Assembly (NCBI GenBank): GCA_965215305.1
Contig: OZ244041.1
Location: 1,257,689 to 1,321,688 of the forward strand
Direction of reading: 5' to 3'
From: Alphaproteobacteria bacterium
Lineage (GTDB): Bacteria > Pseudomonadota > Alphaproteobacteria > Bin95
DNA length: 64,000 bases
The notes beneath the pieces were generated by a model, which was given only the letters and a program-made list of their open reading frames with translations, had not been told where the DNA came from and ran no database searches. The position numbers and the translations under genes are program-made. Of this stretch, positions 10,486 to 19,785 are shown one piece after another (the stretch's first letter is position 1; every line of letters begins with the position of its first letter).

Positions 10486-11209
10486 GATCACCGTCAGCGA
10501 TGTGGAAGCAGGCTACGGGTCGGTGCGCGTGCTGCATGGCGTGTCGATCTCGGTGGAGCCGGGCGAGACGGTCGCCCTGCTCGGCACCAATGGCAACGGC
10601 AAGTCCACGCTGATCCATTGCATCATGGGCATCGTCCGGCCTACTGCCGGCTCCATCCTGCTGGAAACCGACGATGGCGCGCGGATCGAGCTTATCGGCA
10701 AGACGCCCCAGGAGGTTGTGGAACTCGGCATTTCCCTCGTCCCGGAAGGACGGCGCCTGTTTCCGCGCCTGACGGTGGAAGAAAACCTGATGCTTGGCGC
10801 TTACCGGGAGTCGGCGCGGCGGCAGATCGACGCCAATCTGGCGTTCTGCTTCGAGGCGTTTCCGGTTCTCGCCGAACGCCGGAGGCAGCTCGCGGGCTCC
10901 ATGTCCGGAGGTGAGCAGCAAATGCTTGCGATTGCCCGCGCGCTCATGTCCGAGCCGCGCATCCTGCTGGTGGACGAACCGTCGGTCGGTCTTGCGCCGA
11001 TACTCGTCAGCCGGATGATCGCAAAGATCAGGGAGTTGAAGGAGCAGCGGAACCTGACCGTGTTGATGGCCGAGCAGAATTTCAACCAGGCGATCAAGAT
11101 CGCCGACCGCGGCTACATCATCGTGCATGGCGACATCGCCTTCGCGGCCTCATCGGCCGCGGCGCTCGCGGAAAACGAGATGGTCAAGCAATACTATCTC
11201 GGCGCATGA
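10478..11209 (+). CDS. livF: ABC transporter ATP-binding protein (LivF-type)
   Basis: Walker A GTNGNGKST and signature SGGEQQML. Overlaps livG by 8 nt. Confidence 0.85.
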   Translation: MSRITVSDVEAGYGSVRVLHGVSISVEPGETVALLGTNGNGKSTLIHCIMGIVRPTAGSILLETDDGARIELIGKTPQEVVELGISLVPEGRRLFPRLTVEENLMLGAYRESARRQIDANLAFCFEAFPVLAERRRQLAGSMSGGEQQMLAIARALMSEPRILLVDEPSVGLAPILVSRMIAKIRELKEQRNLTVLMAEQNFNQAIKIADRGYIIVHGDIAFAASSAAALAENEMVKQYYLGA

Positions 11210-11246
11210 GCCGGGCGCCGGCGCCCCGACACCCGGAGTTCCCCCC

Positions 11247-12341
11247 TTGAAACTCGGCTTCTTCACCATGCCGATCCACCGGCTGGACCGGAATTACACC
11301 GAGGTGCTGCAGGAGGACCGCGAGGCCGTCATCCTCGCCGACCGGCTCGGCTATTCGGAGGCCTATGTCGGCGAGCATGTCACCGATGCGGCCGAGAGCA
11401 TCACCAATGCGATGCTGTTCCAGGCGAGCCTGATTTCCGACACGAAGCAGATCCGGCTCGGCACCGGCACCGCCAATCTCTCGCACACCCATCCCGTGCT
11501 CATCGCGGCCCAGGCGGCCATGCTGGACCACCTGCTGAAAGGCCGGTTCCTGTTGGGCATCAGCCCCGGCGCGCTCGAATCCGACGCCGAGGCGCTCGGC
11601 ATACGCAGCCTCGACCGGGGCGAGATGTTCCTGGAATCCATCGGCCATATCCTGGACATATGGCAGGGCGAGCCGCCCTACGACCTCAAGGGCAAACACT
11701 GGAAGATCACCACCCGCGAGACGCTCTTCCCGGAGATCGGGGTCGGCCCGATCGCGAAGCCCTACCAGAAGCCGCACCCGCCCGTCCTCGCCACGGTGGT
11801 CTCTCCGCATTCGAAGAGCGCGGTCGAGATCGGCCGGAGGGGCTTCTTCCCGATCTCGGCGAATTTCCTCCAGCCGAATTGGGTCCCCACCCATTGGGCG
11901 AAATACAGGCAGGGATGCGCGGAGGCGGGACGCGCTGCGGACCGCGGCAACTGGCGGATCGCGCGGTCGATCTTCGTCCATGACGACCACCGGACCGCGC
12001 TCGACTACGGCAAGGAGAATGCGCGGAGCCCCTATCGCTTCTATTTCCGCCAGCTCTTCACCAAGCTGAAGAAGGCGAACCGCCACGCCGCCTTCAAGCC
12101 TGATCCGGCGTTCCCGGACGAGGAGCTCACCCTCGACTATGTGGTCGAGAGCCTCGTCATTGCAGGCGACCCGGCAAGCGTCGTGGACCAGCTGCTCGCC
12201 TTCCGCGAGGTGACCGGCGATTTCGGCACGCTGCTCTATGCCGGCAAGGACTGGGAGGACAAGGCGCTCGGCACACGCTCGATGGAGCTGATGGCGGAGA
12301 AGGTCATGCCGGCGCTCAACGCGGCCATCGGCGCCGGGTGA
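11247..12341 (+). CDS. LLM-class flavin-dependent oxidoreductase
   Basis: LKLGFFTMPIH N-terminus typical of the LLM family. TTG start preceded by GGAG; the ATG alternative is 21 nt further in. Confidence 0.7.
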   Translation: MKLGFFTMPIHRLDRNYTEVLQEDREAVILADRLGYSEAYVGEHVTDAAESITNAMLFQASLISDTKQIRLGTGTANLSHTHPVLIAAQAAMLDHLLKGRFLLGISPGALESDAEALGIRSLDRGEMFLESIGHILDIWQGEPPYDLKGKHWKITTRETLFPEIGVGPIAKPYQKPHPPVLATVVSPHSKSAVEIGRRGFFPISANFLQPNWVPTHWAKYRQGCAEAGRAADRGNWRIARSIFVHDDHRTALDYGKENARSPYRFYFRQLFTKLKKANRHAAFKPDPAFPDEELTLDYVVESLVIAGDPASVVDQLLAFREVTGDFGTLLYAGKDWEDKALGTRSMELMAEKVMPALNAAIGAG

Positions 12342-12457
12342 GCCGTCGGCGCCGGACGCTCCTCGTTCGTTGACAGCCCGGCGGGGCCTGCCTATCGTCG
12401 GAACCGGCCTCCGGCAACGGACCGGGCCGGCGGCGCGCATTGTGGGGGTCTGTCCCG

Positions 12458-13348
12458 ATGCCGATGAAGCCGCGCGACCGCATCGACTACTCGGCCATAG
12501 TCGACCGCGCCCCGCTTGCGCTGCCGGACGGCAAGCGGGTGGCGGTCTGGGTCATCGTGAACATCGAGAATTGGGACATCGAGGCGCCCATGCCGCGCAC
12601 GGTGCTGCCACCCCCGGGGCACCAAGTCCATATCCCCGACATTCCCAACTGGTCGTGGCAGGAATACGGCATGCGGGTCGGGTTCTGGCGGTTCCATGAG
12701 GCGCTCGTCTCGCGCGGCATCCCGGTCACCATGTCGGTGAACGGGTCGGTCTGCGTCCAGTACCCGCGCATTGCCGGCGCCGCGCGCGATGCAGGCTGGG
12801 AGTTTCTCGGCCACGCCTACCGGCAGCGCCCGACCCACCTGATAGAGGACCAGCGCGAGGACATCCGGCAGACGATCGAGACGATCCGGGACTTTACCGG
12901 CCGTCCGCCCCGGGGCTGGATGGGCCCCGGCCTCACCGAAACCTTCGAGACGCCGGACTACCTAGCGGAAGCGGGCATCGAATATGTCGCCGACTTCCCG
13001 ATGGACGACCAGCCTTTCGATATCCGCACCGAACACGGCGCGCTGACCTCCATCCCCTATACGGTGGAGCTGAACGACATCCCGATGATGCTGGTCCAGC
13101 ACCACAAGGCGGCGGAGTTCTATGACCGGTGCATGGACGCCTTCGAGCGCCTCGACCGGGAGGGCGAGCGGAGCGCGCGCGTGATGGCGATTGCGGTGCA
13201 CCCCTATATTTCGGGCACGCCCTTTCGCATCAAGTATTTCGAGAAGGTGCTGGACGCGGTCTCGGCCGCTGCCGGCGCCGTGCTCTGGACGGGAAGCGAC
13301 ATTCTGGACTGGTACCGCGCTGCATGTTCCCGGGAAGGCGGCGCCTGA
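12458..13348 (+). CDS. polysaccharide deacetylase family protein (PuuE/allantoinase-like)
   Basis: NodB-homology motifs. ORF 12440..13348 trimmed to the ATG after a GGGGG RBS. Confidence 0.75.
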   Translation: MPMKPRDRIDYSAIVDRAPLALPDGKRVAVWVIVNIENWDIEAPMPRTVLPPPGHQVHIPDIPNWSWQEYGMRVGFWRFHEALVSRGIPVTMSVNGSVCVQYPRIAGAARDAGWEFLGHAYRQRPTHLIEDQREDIRQTIETIRDFTGRPPRGWMGPGLTETFETPDYLAEAGIEYVADFPMDDQPFDIRTEHGALTSIPYTVELNDIPMMLVQHHKAAEFYDRCMDAFERLDREGERSARVMAIAVHPYISGTPFRIKYFEKVLDAVSAAAGAVLWTGSDILDWYRAACSREGGA

Positions 13349-13392
13349 AACGGCCGGATTGACCAACCGGCGCAACCGCAGGGGACGCGCTT

Positions 13393-14247
13393 ATGAAACC
13401 CGCCCCGTTCGCCTATGCCAGGCCGGAGAGCCTCGAGGATGCCATCGACCTGCTGGAGGCGCATGGGGAGGACGCGAGAGTCCTCGCCGGCGGCCAGAGC
13501 CTGATGGCTACGCTCAACATGCGGCTCTCCGCCCCGGAACTGCTGGTCGATATCGGGCGCGTGCCGGGCCTTGCGGGGATCGAGGTGACGGCGGACGGCC
13601 TTCGAATCGGCGCCATGACCCGCCATGCCGAGGTGGAGGCCTCCGGGCTCGTCGCGTCCCATGCGCCGCTCATCGCCCGCGCCATGGCGCATATCGCCCA
13701 TCCGGCTGTGCGCAATCGGGGCACTTTCGGCGGCTCCATCGCCTTCGCCGACCCGGCGGCCGAGCTTCCGGCCTGCGCGGTTGCTCTGGGCGCGCGGATG
13801 ACGATTGCGGGCAGGGGCGGCGCGCGGACCGTGGAGGCGGACGCCTTCTTCCGCGGCCTCTATGAGACGGCGCTCGGACCGGGCGACATCCTGACCGCGA
13901 TCGAGCTGCCGCGCGCCGAAGCCGGCTGGCGTTCGGGCTTCATGGAGCTGGCGCGGCGGCATGGCGACTACGCGATGATCGGGCTTGCCGCCCATATGGA
14001 GGTGGCGGACGGCCGGTTCGGCCGCGGCCGCCTGGTGTTCTTCGCCGTGGGCGAGCGGCCCGTATCGGCGGCGCGAAGCGCGGCGCTGCTGGAAGGCGAG
14101 CGGTGGTCGAACGCGCTCGGCGTCCGCATTGCCGAGGCGCTGAAGGAAGAGCTCGACCCGTTCGAGGACCTGAATGCGGATGCGGCGATGCGCCGGCATC
14201 TCGCCGGAGTGCTCGCCAGGCGGGTGCTGGGCCCGCTGGCGGCCTGA
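13393..14247 (+). CDS. xanthine dehydrogenase family FAD-binding subunit (CoxM/CutM-like)
   Basis: FAD-binding PCMH-type domain (AGGQSLMATLNMRL...). Confidence 0.85.
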   Translation: MKPAPFAYARPESLEDAIDLLEAHGEDARVLAGGQSLMATLNMRLSAPELLVDIGRVPGLAGIEVTADGLRIGAMTRHAEVEASGLVASHAPLIARAMAHIAHPAVRNRGTFGGSIAFADPAAELPACAVALGARMTIAGRGGARTVEADAFFRGLYETALGPGDILTAIELPRAEAGWRSGFMELARRHGDYAMIGLAAHMEVADGRFGRGRLVFFAVGERPVSAARSAALLEGERWSNALGVRIAEALKEELDPFEDLNADAAMRRHLAGVLARRVLGPLAA

Positions 14248-14262
14248 AGGAGGAAGGGAACG

Positions 14263-14745
14263 ATGGAGCGGACTGTCGAAATCGACCTTCAGGTCAATGG
14301 CGAACGGATGACCCGCCGCGTCGAGGCGCGGATGAACCTGGTGGATTTCCTGCGCGAGGAGCTCGGCCTGACCGGCAGCCATGTCGGCTGCGAGCATGGC
14401 GTATGCGGGGCATGCACCGTGCGCGTGGACGGGCGCATTGCGCGTGGCTGCCTGATGCTGGCCGCGCAGGCGGACGGCGCGGATGTGTGGACCATCGAGG
14501 GGGTGAGCGACACGGGCGAAATCCGGGACCTGCAGGACGCCTTCGTCGAGCGCAACGCGCTCCAATGCGGCTATTGCACCCCCGGCATGCTGCTCACCCT
14601 GGCCGAGCTCAGGGAGCGCAACCCCTCGGCGGACCGGCAGGAAATCCGCGCGTTCATCTCCGGCAATTACTGCCGCTGCACGGGCTATGAAGCGATTGTG
14701 GATGCGTTCGAGATGGCCCGCGCGCGCAAGGGAGACGCGCCATGA
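14263..14745 (+). CDS. (2Fe-2S)-binding subunit of molybdenum hydroxylase (CoxS-like)
   Basis: CEHGVCGACTV and CGYCTPG cluster motifs. AAGGAGG RBS. Confidence 0.9.
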   Translation: MERTVEIDLQVNGERMTRRVEARMNLVDFLREELGLTGSHVGCEHGVCGACTVRVDGRIARGCLMLAAQADGADVWTIEGVSDTGEIRDLQDAFVERNALQCGYCTPGMLLTLAELRERNPSADRQEIRAFISGNYCRCTGYEAIVDAFEMARARKGDAP

Positions 14746-17129
14746 CCGGCCGCATCGCCGACCGCTGGATCCTGGACCGCCCGAATTCCTATATCGGCCG
14801 GTCCGTGCCGCGCCCCAATGCGCCCCGCCTCGCCGAGGGCCGCGGCGCCTTCGTCGATGACATCGAAGCCGGCAGGCGGGCGGGGCACGCGGCCTTCGTC
14901 CGCTCGCCCCATGCGCATGCCCGCATCCGGTCGATAGACGCGGAGGCGGCGAAGGCGGCGCCGGGCGTGATTGCCGTCGTGACCGGGCGCGAGCTCGCGG
15001 AGATCCACGACCCCTGGGTCGGCGTGCTGACCCATCTCGAGGGCCTCAAATCCGCGCCGCAATACGCGCTGCCGCTGGACACGGCGACCTGGCAGGGCGA
15101 GGCGGTGGTCGCGGTGGTGGCCCAGAGCCGCGCGAGCGCGGAGGATGCCGCCGCGCTCGTGCAGATTGACTGGGAAGCGCTGCCCGCCGTCACCGATACC
15201 GAGACCGCGCTCGACCCCGGCGCGACCGTCATCCATGAGGGGCTGGGCGACAATCTCGCCTGGCGGCGCAAGGCGGATTTCGGCGATATCGAGGCGGCCT
15301 ATGCGGAGGCCGACCATATCGTCGAGGAGACCTATGTCTTCGCCCGGCATACCGGCGTGTGCGTCGAGCCGCGGGCCATCCTCGCGGACTGGAACCCCGC
15401 CGAGCGCCAGCTCACCGTGTGGCACAACAACCAGTGCCCGCATATGGTCCAGAACATACTCGCGACGCATTTCCGCCTGGACGAACACCGGGTCCGCGTG
15501 ATCGCGCGCGATGTCGGCGGGTCCTTCGGCATCAAGGTCCACACCTATGCGGATGAGATGGCGACGGTCGGGCTCTCGATCCTGCTCAAGCGGCCGGTCA
15601 AATTCGTCGCCGACAGGCTGGAGAGTTTCCTGTCCGATATCCATGCGCGCGACCAGCGGGTGCGGGGGAAGATCGCTGTCAGGGACGACGGCGCCATTCT
15701 CGCCTTCGAGATCGACGCGCTGAGCGGCATCGGCCCCTACTCCATGTATCCGCGCACCAGCGCCATCGAGGCGAACCAGATCGTGAACCTGATGGGCGGC
15801 CCCTATGCGTTCGACCATTACCGCGCAGAGGCGGCCGTCGTCTTCCAGAACAAGAACATGATGTGCCAGTACCGCGCGGTCGGACACCCGGTCAAATGCG
15901 CGGTGACCGAGGGGCTGGTGGATGCGGCGGCGCGTGCGACCGGCCTCGATCCGGCGGAGATTCGCCGGCGGAACCTGCGTGCGGACAACTCATATCCCTG
16001 CCGGTCGGCGCAGGGGCTGCCGTTCGAGAACCTCTCGCACCAGGAAAGCCTCGCGAAACTTCTGGACGCGATGGACTATGACGCGCTGAAGGCGGAGCGC
16101 GACGCCCTTCGCGCTGAAGGCGTCTATCGCGGCATCGGGCTTGCGAGCTTCATCGAGGTGACCAACCCGTCCGCCATGTTCTACGGCGTAGGCGGGGCGC
16201 GCATATCCGCCCAGGACGGCGCGACCATGCGCCTTGATGCCCGGGGCAACGTCTTCGTCGCGACGGGCGCGACCGAGCAGGGCCAGGGCATGGAGGCCGT
16301 CATCTCGCAAGTGGCGGCAACGGCTGTCGGCGTGCCTCCCGAGCGGCTCAAGATCGTCACCGGCGACACCGAACACACGCCCTATGGCGGCGGCACTTGG
16401 GCCTCGCGCGCGGCCGGCATAGGCGGCGAGGCGGTGGCCCAGGCGGGCCGCGCCCTCAGGCAGCAGATCCTGCGTGCGGCGGCGGCCATGCTCCAGGAGG
16501 AGGCGGACAATCTCGACATCCGCGGCGGCGTCGTGGTGGACAGGGCGACCGGCGCCGAGCGCATCGGCCTCGATGAGGTCGGGCGCATCTGCTACTATCG
16601 GCCCGATACCCTGCCGGACGGTTTCCAGTCGGAACTGGTGGCGACCCGGCACTATGTCCCGCGCCAATACCCCTTCGCCTTCACCAATGGCGCACAGGCC
16701 TCATATCTCGAAGTCGATGTCGAGACCGGCTTCATCTCCCTGCTGGACCACTGGTGCATCGAGGACTGCGGCACGGTCATCAACCCGCTTCTGGTGGACG
16801 AGCAGATACGCGGCGGCATCGTACAGGGGCTGGGCGCCGCGCTCTGGGAGCAGTGCCTCTACGACCGCGACGGGCAGATGCTGAACGCCAATATGGCCGA
16901 TTACCTCGTGCCGATGGCGGCGGAGCTGCCCGACATGCAGTGCGGCCATGCGGTGTCGCCCACATTCGAGTCCGATCTCGGCGCCAAGGGCGTGGGGGAG
17001 GCCGGCACCTGCGGCGCGCCGGCCGCGGTGATGAACGCGCTGAACGACGCGCTGGCGCCCCTCGGCGCGCGGCTCACCGACATGCCCTTCACGCCGCAGA
17101 AAGTGCTGCGCGCGCTCGGCAGGATCTGA
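14742..17129 (+). CDS. xanthine dehydrogenase family molybdopterin-binding subunit (CoxL/aldehyde oxidase-like)
   Basis: 795 aa. 4-nt overlap with the Fe-S subunit gene. Typical Mo-hydroxylase large subunit. Confidence 0.9.
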   Translation: MTGRIADRWILDRPNSYIGRSVPRPNAPRLAEGRGAFVDDIEAGRRAGHAAFVRSPHAHARIRSIDAEAAKAAPGVIAVVTGRELAEIHDPWVGVLTHLEGLKSAPQYALPLDTATWQGEAVVAVVAQSRASAEDAAALVQIDWEALPAVTDTETALDPGATVIHEGLGDNLAWRRKADFGDIEAAYAEADHIVEETYVFARHTGVCVEPRAILADWNPAERQLTVWHNNQCPHMVQNILATHFRLDEHRVRVIARDVGGSFGIKVHTYADEMATVGLSILLKRPVKFVADRLESFLSDIHARDQRVRGKIAVRDDGAILAFEIDALSGIGPYSMYPRTSAIEANQIVNLMGGPYAFDHYRAEAAVVFQNKNMMCQYRAVGHPVKCAVTEGLVDAAARATGLDPAEIRRRNLRADNSYPCRSAQGLPFENLSHQESLAKLLDAMDYDALKAERDALRAEGVYRGIGLASFIEVTNPSAMFYGVGGARISAQDGATMRLDARGNVFVATGATEQGQGMEAVISQVAATAVGVPPERLKIVTGDTEHTPYGGGTWASRAAGIGGEAVAQAGRALRQQILRAAAAMLQEEADNLDIRGGVVVDRATGAERIGLDEVGRICYYRPDTLPDGFQSELVATRHYVPRQYPFAFTNGAQASYLEVDVETGFISLLDHWCIEDCGTVINPLLVDEQIRGGIVQGLGAALWEQCLYDRDGQMLNANMADYLVPMAAELPDMQCGHAVSPTFESDLGAKGVGEAGTCGAPAAVMNALNDALAPLGARLTDMPFTPQKVLRALGRI

Positions 17130-17136
17130 GCCGGCG

Positions 17137-17670
17137 CTATTCCGCCAGCTCGACGACGTTGCCGGCCCTGTCGCGGCCGAGGCCGGTCTCTTCCGCGCGC
17201 GCCAGCACCGACTGCGCCCAGCCGACCTTGCCGGCGTCCGTGCCGCCGAGAATGGCCATCAGATAGGCATGGCCCTCACCGACATTGCGGAAGCCGCGCA
17301 TGACGCCGACCGGCACCGACACACAGTCGAATGTGTCGAGGATGACCTCGTTCTCGCCCTCCTCGCCCCAATAGACCGACCAGCGGCCGGTAAGCGGGAT
17401 GAAGACCTCGACCGTGCTGTGCGAGTGCAGCGCCGCCCCCTTGCCGGATTCGGCGCCGATATAGGTGATGTTGAAGCCCTCGACGGCCGTGATGGCGGGC
17501 TTCAGGTCCGGGTCCTCGGTCACCCCCTGTCCGATGACATTGTAGATGTCGCGCACATGCTCCGGGATACGAGTGTCCACGAACGCCTGCCGCGAGGGGC
17601 GCAGCGCCTCGAACCGCGCTGTCCGCTCCTGCATCTGCTCCCTACTGACCTGTATGCCGGTCTTGCCCAT
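17137..17670 (-). CDS. cupin domain protein
   Basis: 177 aa with a cupin beta-barrel segment (HSHSTVEVFIPLTGRW...). Confidence 0.6.
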   Translation of the reverse strand: MGKTGIQVSREQMQERTARFEALRPSRQAFVDTRIPEHVRDIYNVIGQGVTEDPDLKPAITAVEGFNITYIGAESGKGAALHSHSTVEVFIPLTGRWSVYWGEEGENEVILDTFDCVSVPVGVMRGFRNVGEGHAYLMAILGGTDAGKVGWAQSVLARAEETGLGRDRAGNVVELAE

Positions 17671-17694
17671 CGCATAGTCCTCCCGGGATGAATC

Positions 17695-18570
17695 TTATTC
17701 GGCCGCCTCCAGCTTGTCTTGGGTGCGCCGTTCGAAGTCGGAGGCGTCATGGCGCTCATGGAGCTGGTCCTCTAGCGGCCCCCTGATGCGATTGACCTTT
17801 CGTCCCCGGATGACGGCATCGCGCGCCGCGATCTCGTCATGCCAGCGCACGACATTCCGGTAGTCCTGCACGGCCAGGAATTCGGCAGCGCCGTAAAGCG
17901 CGTTCGTCGTCAGCACGCCGTACCAGGGCCAGATCGCCATGTCGGCGATGGTGTAGTCGTTGCCCGCCACATAGCGGGTCTCGGCGAGCTGCCGGTCCAG
18001 CACGTCGAGCTGGCGCTTCACCTCCATGGCGTAGCGGTCTATGGGATATTGGAACTTTTCGGGCGCATAGGCGTAGAAGTGCCCGAAGCCGCCGCCGAGG
18101 AAGGGCGCGGAACCCATCTGCCAGAACAGCCAGGAGAAGCATTCCGCCCGCGCCATCGGGTCTTCGGGAAGGAAGGCGCCGAACTTCTCCGCGAGGTAAA
18201 GCAGGATCGCGCCCGACTCGAACACGCGCGTGGGTTCGGGCATGGAGTAATCGACCAGCGCCGGGATCTTTGAATTCGGGTTGATCGCGACGAAGCCGGA
18301 GCCGAACTGGTCGCCGTTGCCGATCCTGATGAGCCAGGCGTCATAGTCCGCGCCGCCATGGCCTGCCGCCAGCAGCTCCTCCAGCAACACCGTCACCTTC
18401 ACGCCGTTCGGCGTGCCCAGCGAATAGAGCTGGAGCGGGTGTTCGCCGCGCGGCAACTCCTGCTCATGCGTGGCGCCGGCGACGGGCCGGTTGATCGAGG
18501 CGAACTGGCCGCCGCTCTCGCGGTCCCAGGTCCAGACTTTCGGCGGTTCGTAGGCGGAAGCGTCGGTCAT
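17695..18570 (-). CDS. glutathione-dependent disulfide-bond oxidoreductase, YghU/Nu-class GST-like
   Basis: Trimmed to MTDASAYEPPKVWTWDRESGGQFASINRPVAGATHEQELP, the characteristic YghU N-terminus. Confidence 0.8.
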   Translation of the reverse strand: MTDASAYEPPKVWTWDRESGGQFASINRPVAGATHEQELPRGEHPLQLYSLGTPNGVKVTVLLEELLAAGHGGADYDAWLIRIGNGDQFGSGFVAINPNSKIPALVDYSMPEPTRVFESGAILLYLAEKFGAFLPEDPMARAECFSWLFWQMGSAPFLGGGFGHFYAYAPEKFQYPIDRYAMEVKRQLDVLDRQLAETRYVAGNDYTIADMAIWPWYGVLTTNALYGAAEFLAVQDYRNVVRWHDEIAARDAVIRGRKVNRIRGPLEDQLHERHDASDFERRTQDKLEAAE

Positions 18571-18670
18571 GTCGTCGTCCTTCGAGGGGGCATCGGATAT
18601 GCAGGGGACACCAAGGGCCGCTCCTTTACCACTCCCGGACGCGGATTGCATGCGCCGCTGATCCGGGTTC

Positions 18671-19618
18671 TCAATCGGCGTAACCGCCCATCACCTCCTC
18701 GACGAAGCGGTCCACGGTCGCCATCGCGGTATCCACGGTCGACTCATGGATGCGGCCGGGAATGGTGTACCAGGGATTGAGCGTGATGTGCTCCAGGCCC
18801 ATCTCCCGCGCCATGTCCAGCTTGCGGCATATGTCGTCGCGGTTGCCGACAAAGGCGTAACCGTCGCCGAGGAAGTCCGTTGCGTCGATGTCGAAGGCGA
18901 GCGTCGCGTGCAGCGAGCGCGCGATGCTGGCGGGGTCGCGGCCTGCCTCCTCGGCCATGCGGTCGAGCAGTTTGAGCCGTCGGCGTAGGTCATCTGCGGT
19001 CCATTGCACTGAGCCCGGGCGCCGCGCCGAGGTGATAGGATGCCAGCCGTCCCCGTAACGTATGACGCGCTCCAGCGCGCGTTCGTTGTTGCCGCCGATC
19101 CAGATCGGCGGGCGCGGCTTCTGCGCCGGCGGCGGGTCGAAGGCGAAATCCCCGAACTCGTAGAATTCGCCCCGGAAGTCGTTCGGCCCCTCCGACCACA
19201 ACCGGTCGAGGATGCGCAGCATCTCGTCCGCCCTGGCGCCCCGGCGAGCGAAGGGCACACCCAGCGCCTCGTATTCCTCCCGGATCCAGCCAAAGGCGAC
19301 GCCGTAAATCGTCCGCCCGCCGGAGAGGTCGTCCACGCTCGCCATCTCCTTGGCAAGCGTCACGGGATGGCGGTAGGGCAGCACGATCACTGTCGTGCCG
19401 AGCTTCACCCGATCGGTGATGCCGGCGAGGAAGCCCAAAGTGCTGAACAGCCCGTAAACCCTGTCCGAGAATCGTTCGACGAAGGGACGGGGCACGATGA
19501 TGTGGTCGATGGCCCAGATCGAGGCGAAGCCCGTATCTTCCGCTATCCGGGCCATCCGTTCCAGACTGGCCCGATTGGCGAAGGCGCCGTGCTGCGGCAT
19601 TACCAGTCCGAATTTCAT
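18671..19618 (-). CDS. LLM-class flavin-dependent oxidoreductase
   Basis: MKFGLVMPQHGAFANRASLERMARIAEDTGFASIWAIDH. Confidence 0.75.
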   Translation of the reverse strand: MKFGLVMPQHGAFANRASLERMARIAEDTGFASIWAIDHIIVPRPFVERFSDRVYGLFSTLGFLAGITDRVKLGTTVIVLPYRHPVTLAKEMASVDDLSGGRTIYGVAFGWIREEYEALGVPFARRGARADEMLRILDRLWSEGPNDFRGEFYEFGDFAFDPPPAQKPRPPIWIGGNNERALERVIRYGDGWHPITSARRPGSVQWTADDLRRRLKLLDRMAEEAGRDPASIARSLHATLAFDIDATDFLGDGYAFVGNRDDICRKLDMAREMGLEHITLNPWYTIPGRIHESTVDTAMATVDRFVEEVMGGYAD

Positions 19619-19693
19619 CTCCGCTCCTCCTTCGGCCCGACGGCGTATGTCATTCTTTCGTTCCGGGCATGTCTCTCGCCCGCTCCAGAATCG

Positions 19694-19722
19694 AAAGGGC
19701 GGCTTCCGGAAGAGGCCGCCCT
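19694..19722. terminator. perfect 9-bp GC-rich inverted repeat (AAGGGCGGC-N11-GCCGCCCTT); candidate terminator downstream of the AhpD-like gene
   Basis: Seen directly in the sequence. T-containing tracts on both sides. Position fits a 3' hairpin for the minus-strand gene ending at 19786. Confidence 0.35.
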
Positions 19723-19736
19723 TGCGTTCTCCCAGC

Positions 19737-19771
19737 TTACCATGGCTTGCCTTATGTCAAGCGCATAAGCG
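19737..19771. promoter_or_regulatory. conserved intergenic motif copy A (acCATGGcTtgCCtTATGTCAAGcGcAtaaG)
   Basis: About 24 of 31 positions identical to a second copy at 32299..32333. On the minus strand it reads CTTGACATA-N-CCATGGTA (a -35-like CTTGACA). Confidence 0.3.
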
Positions 19772-19785
19772 CAAGCAGCGGTCTC

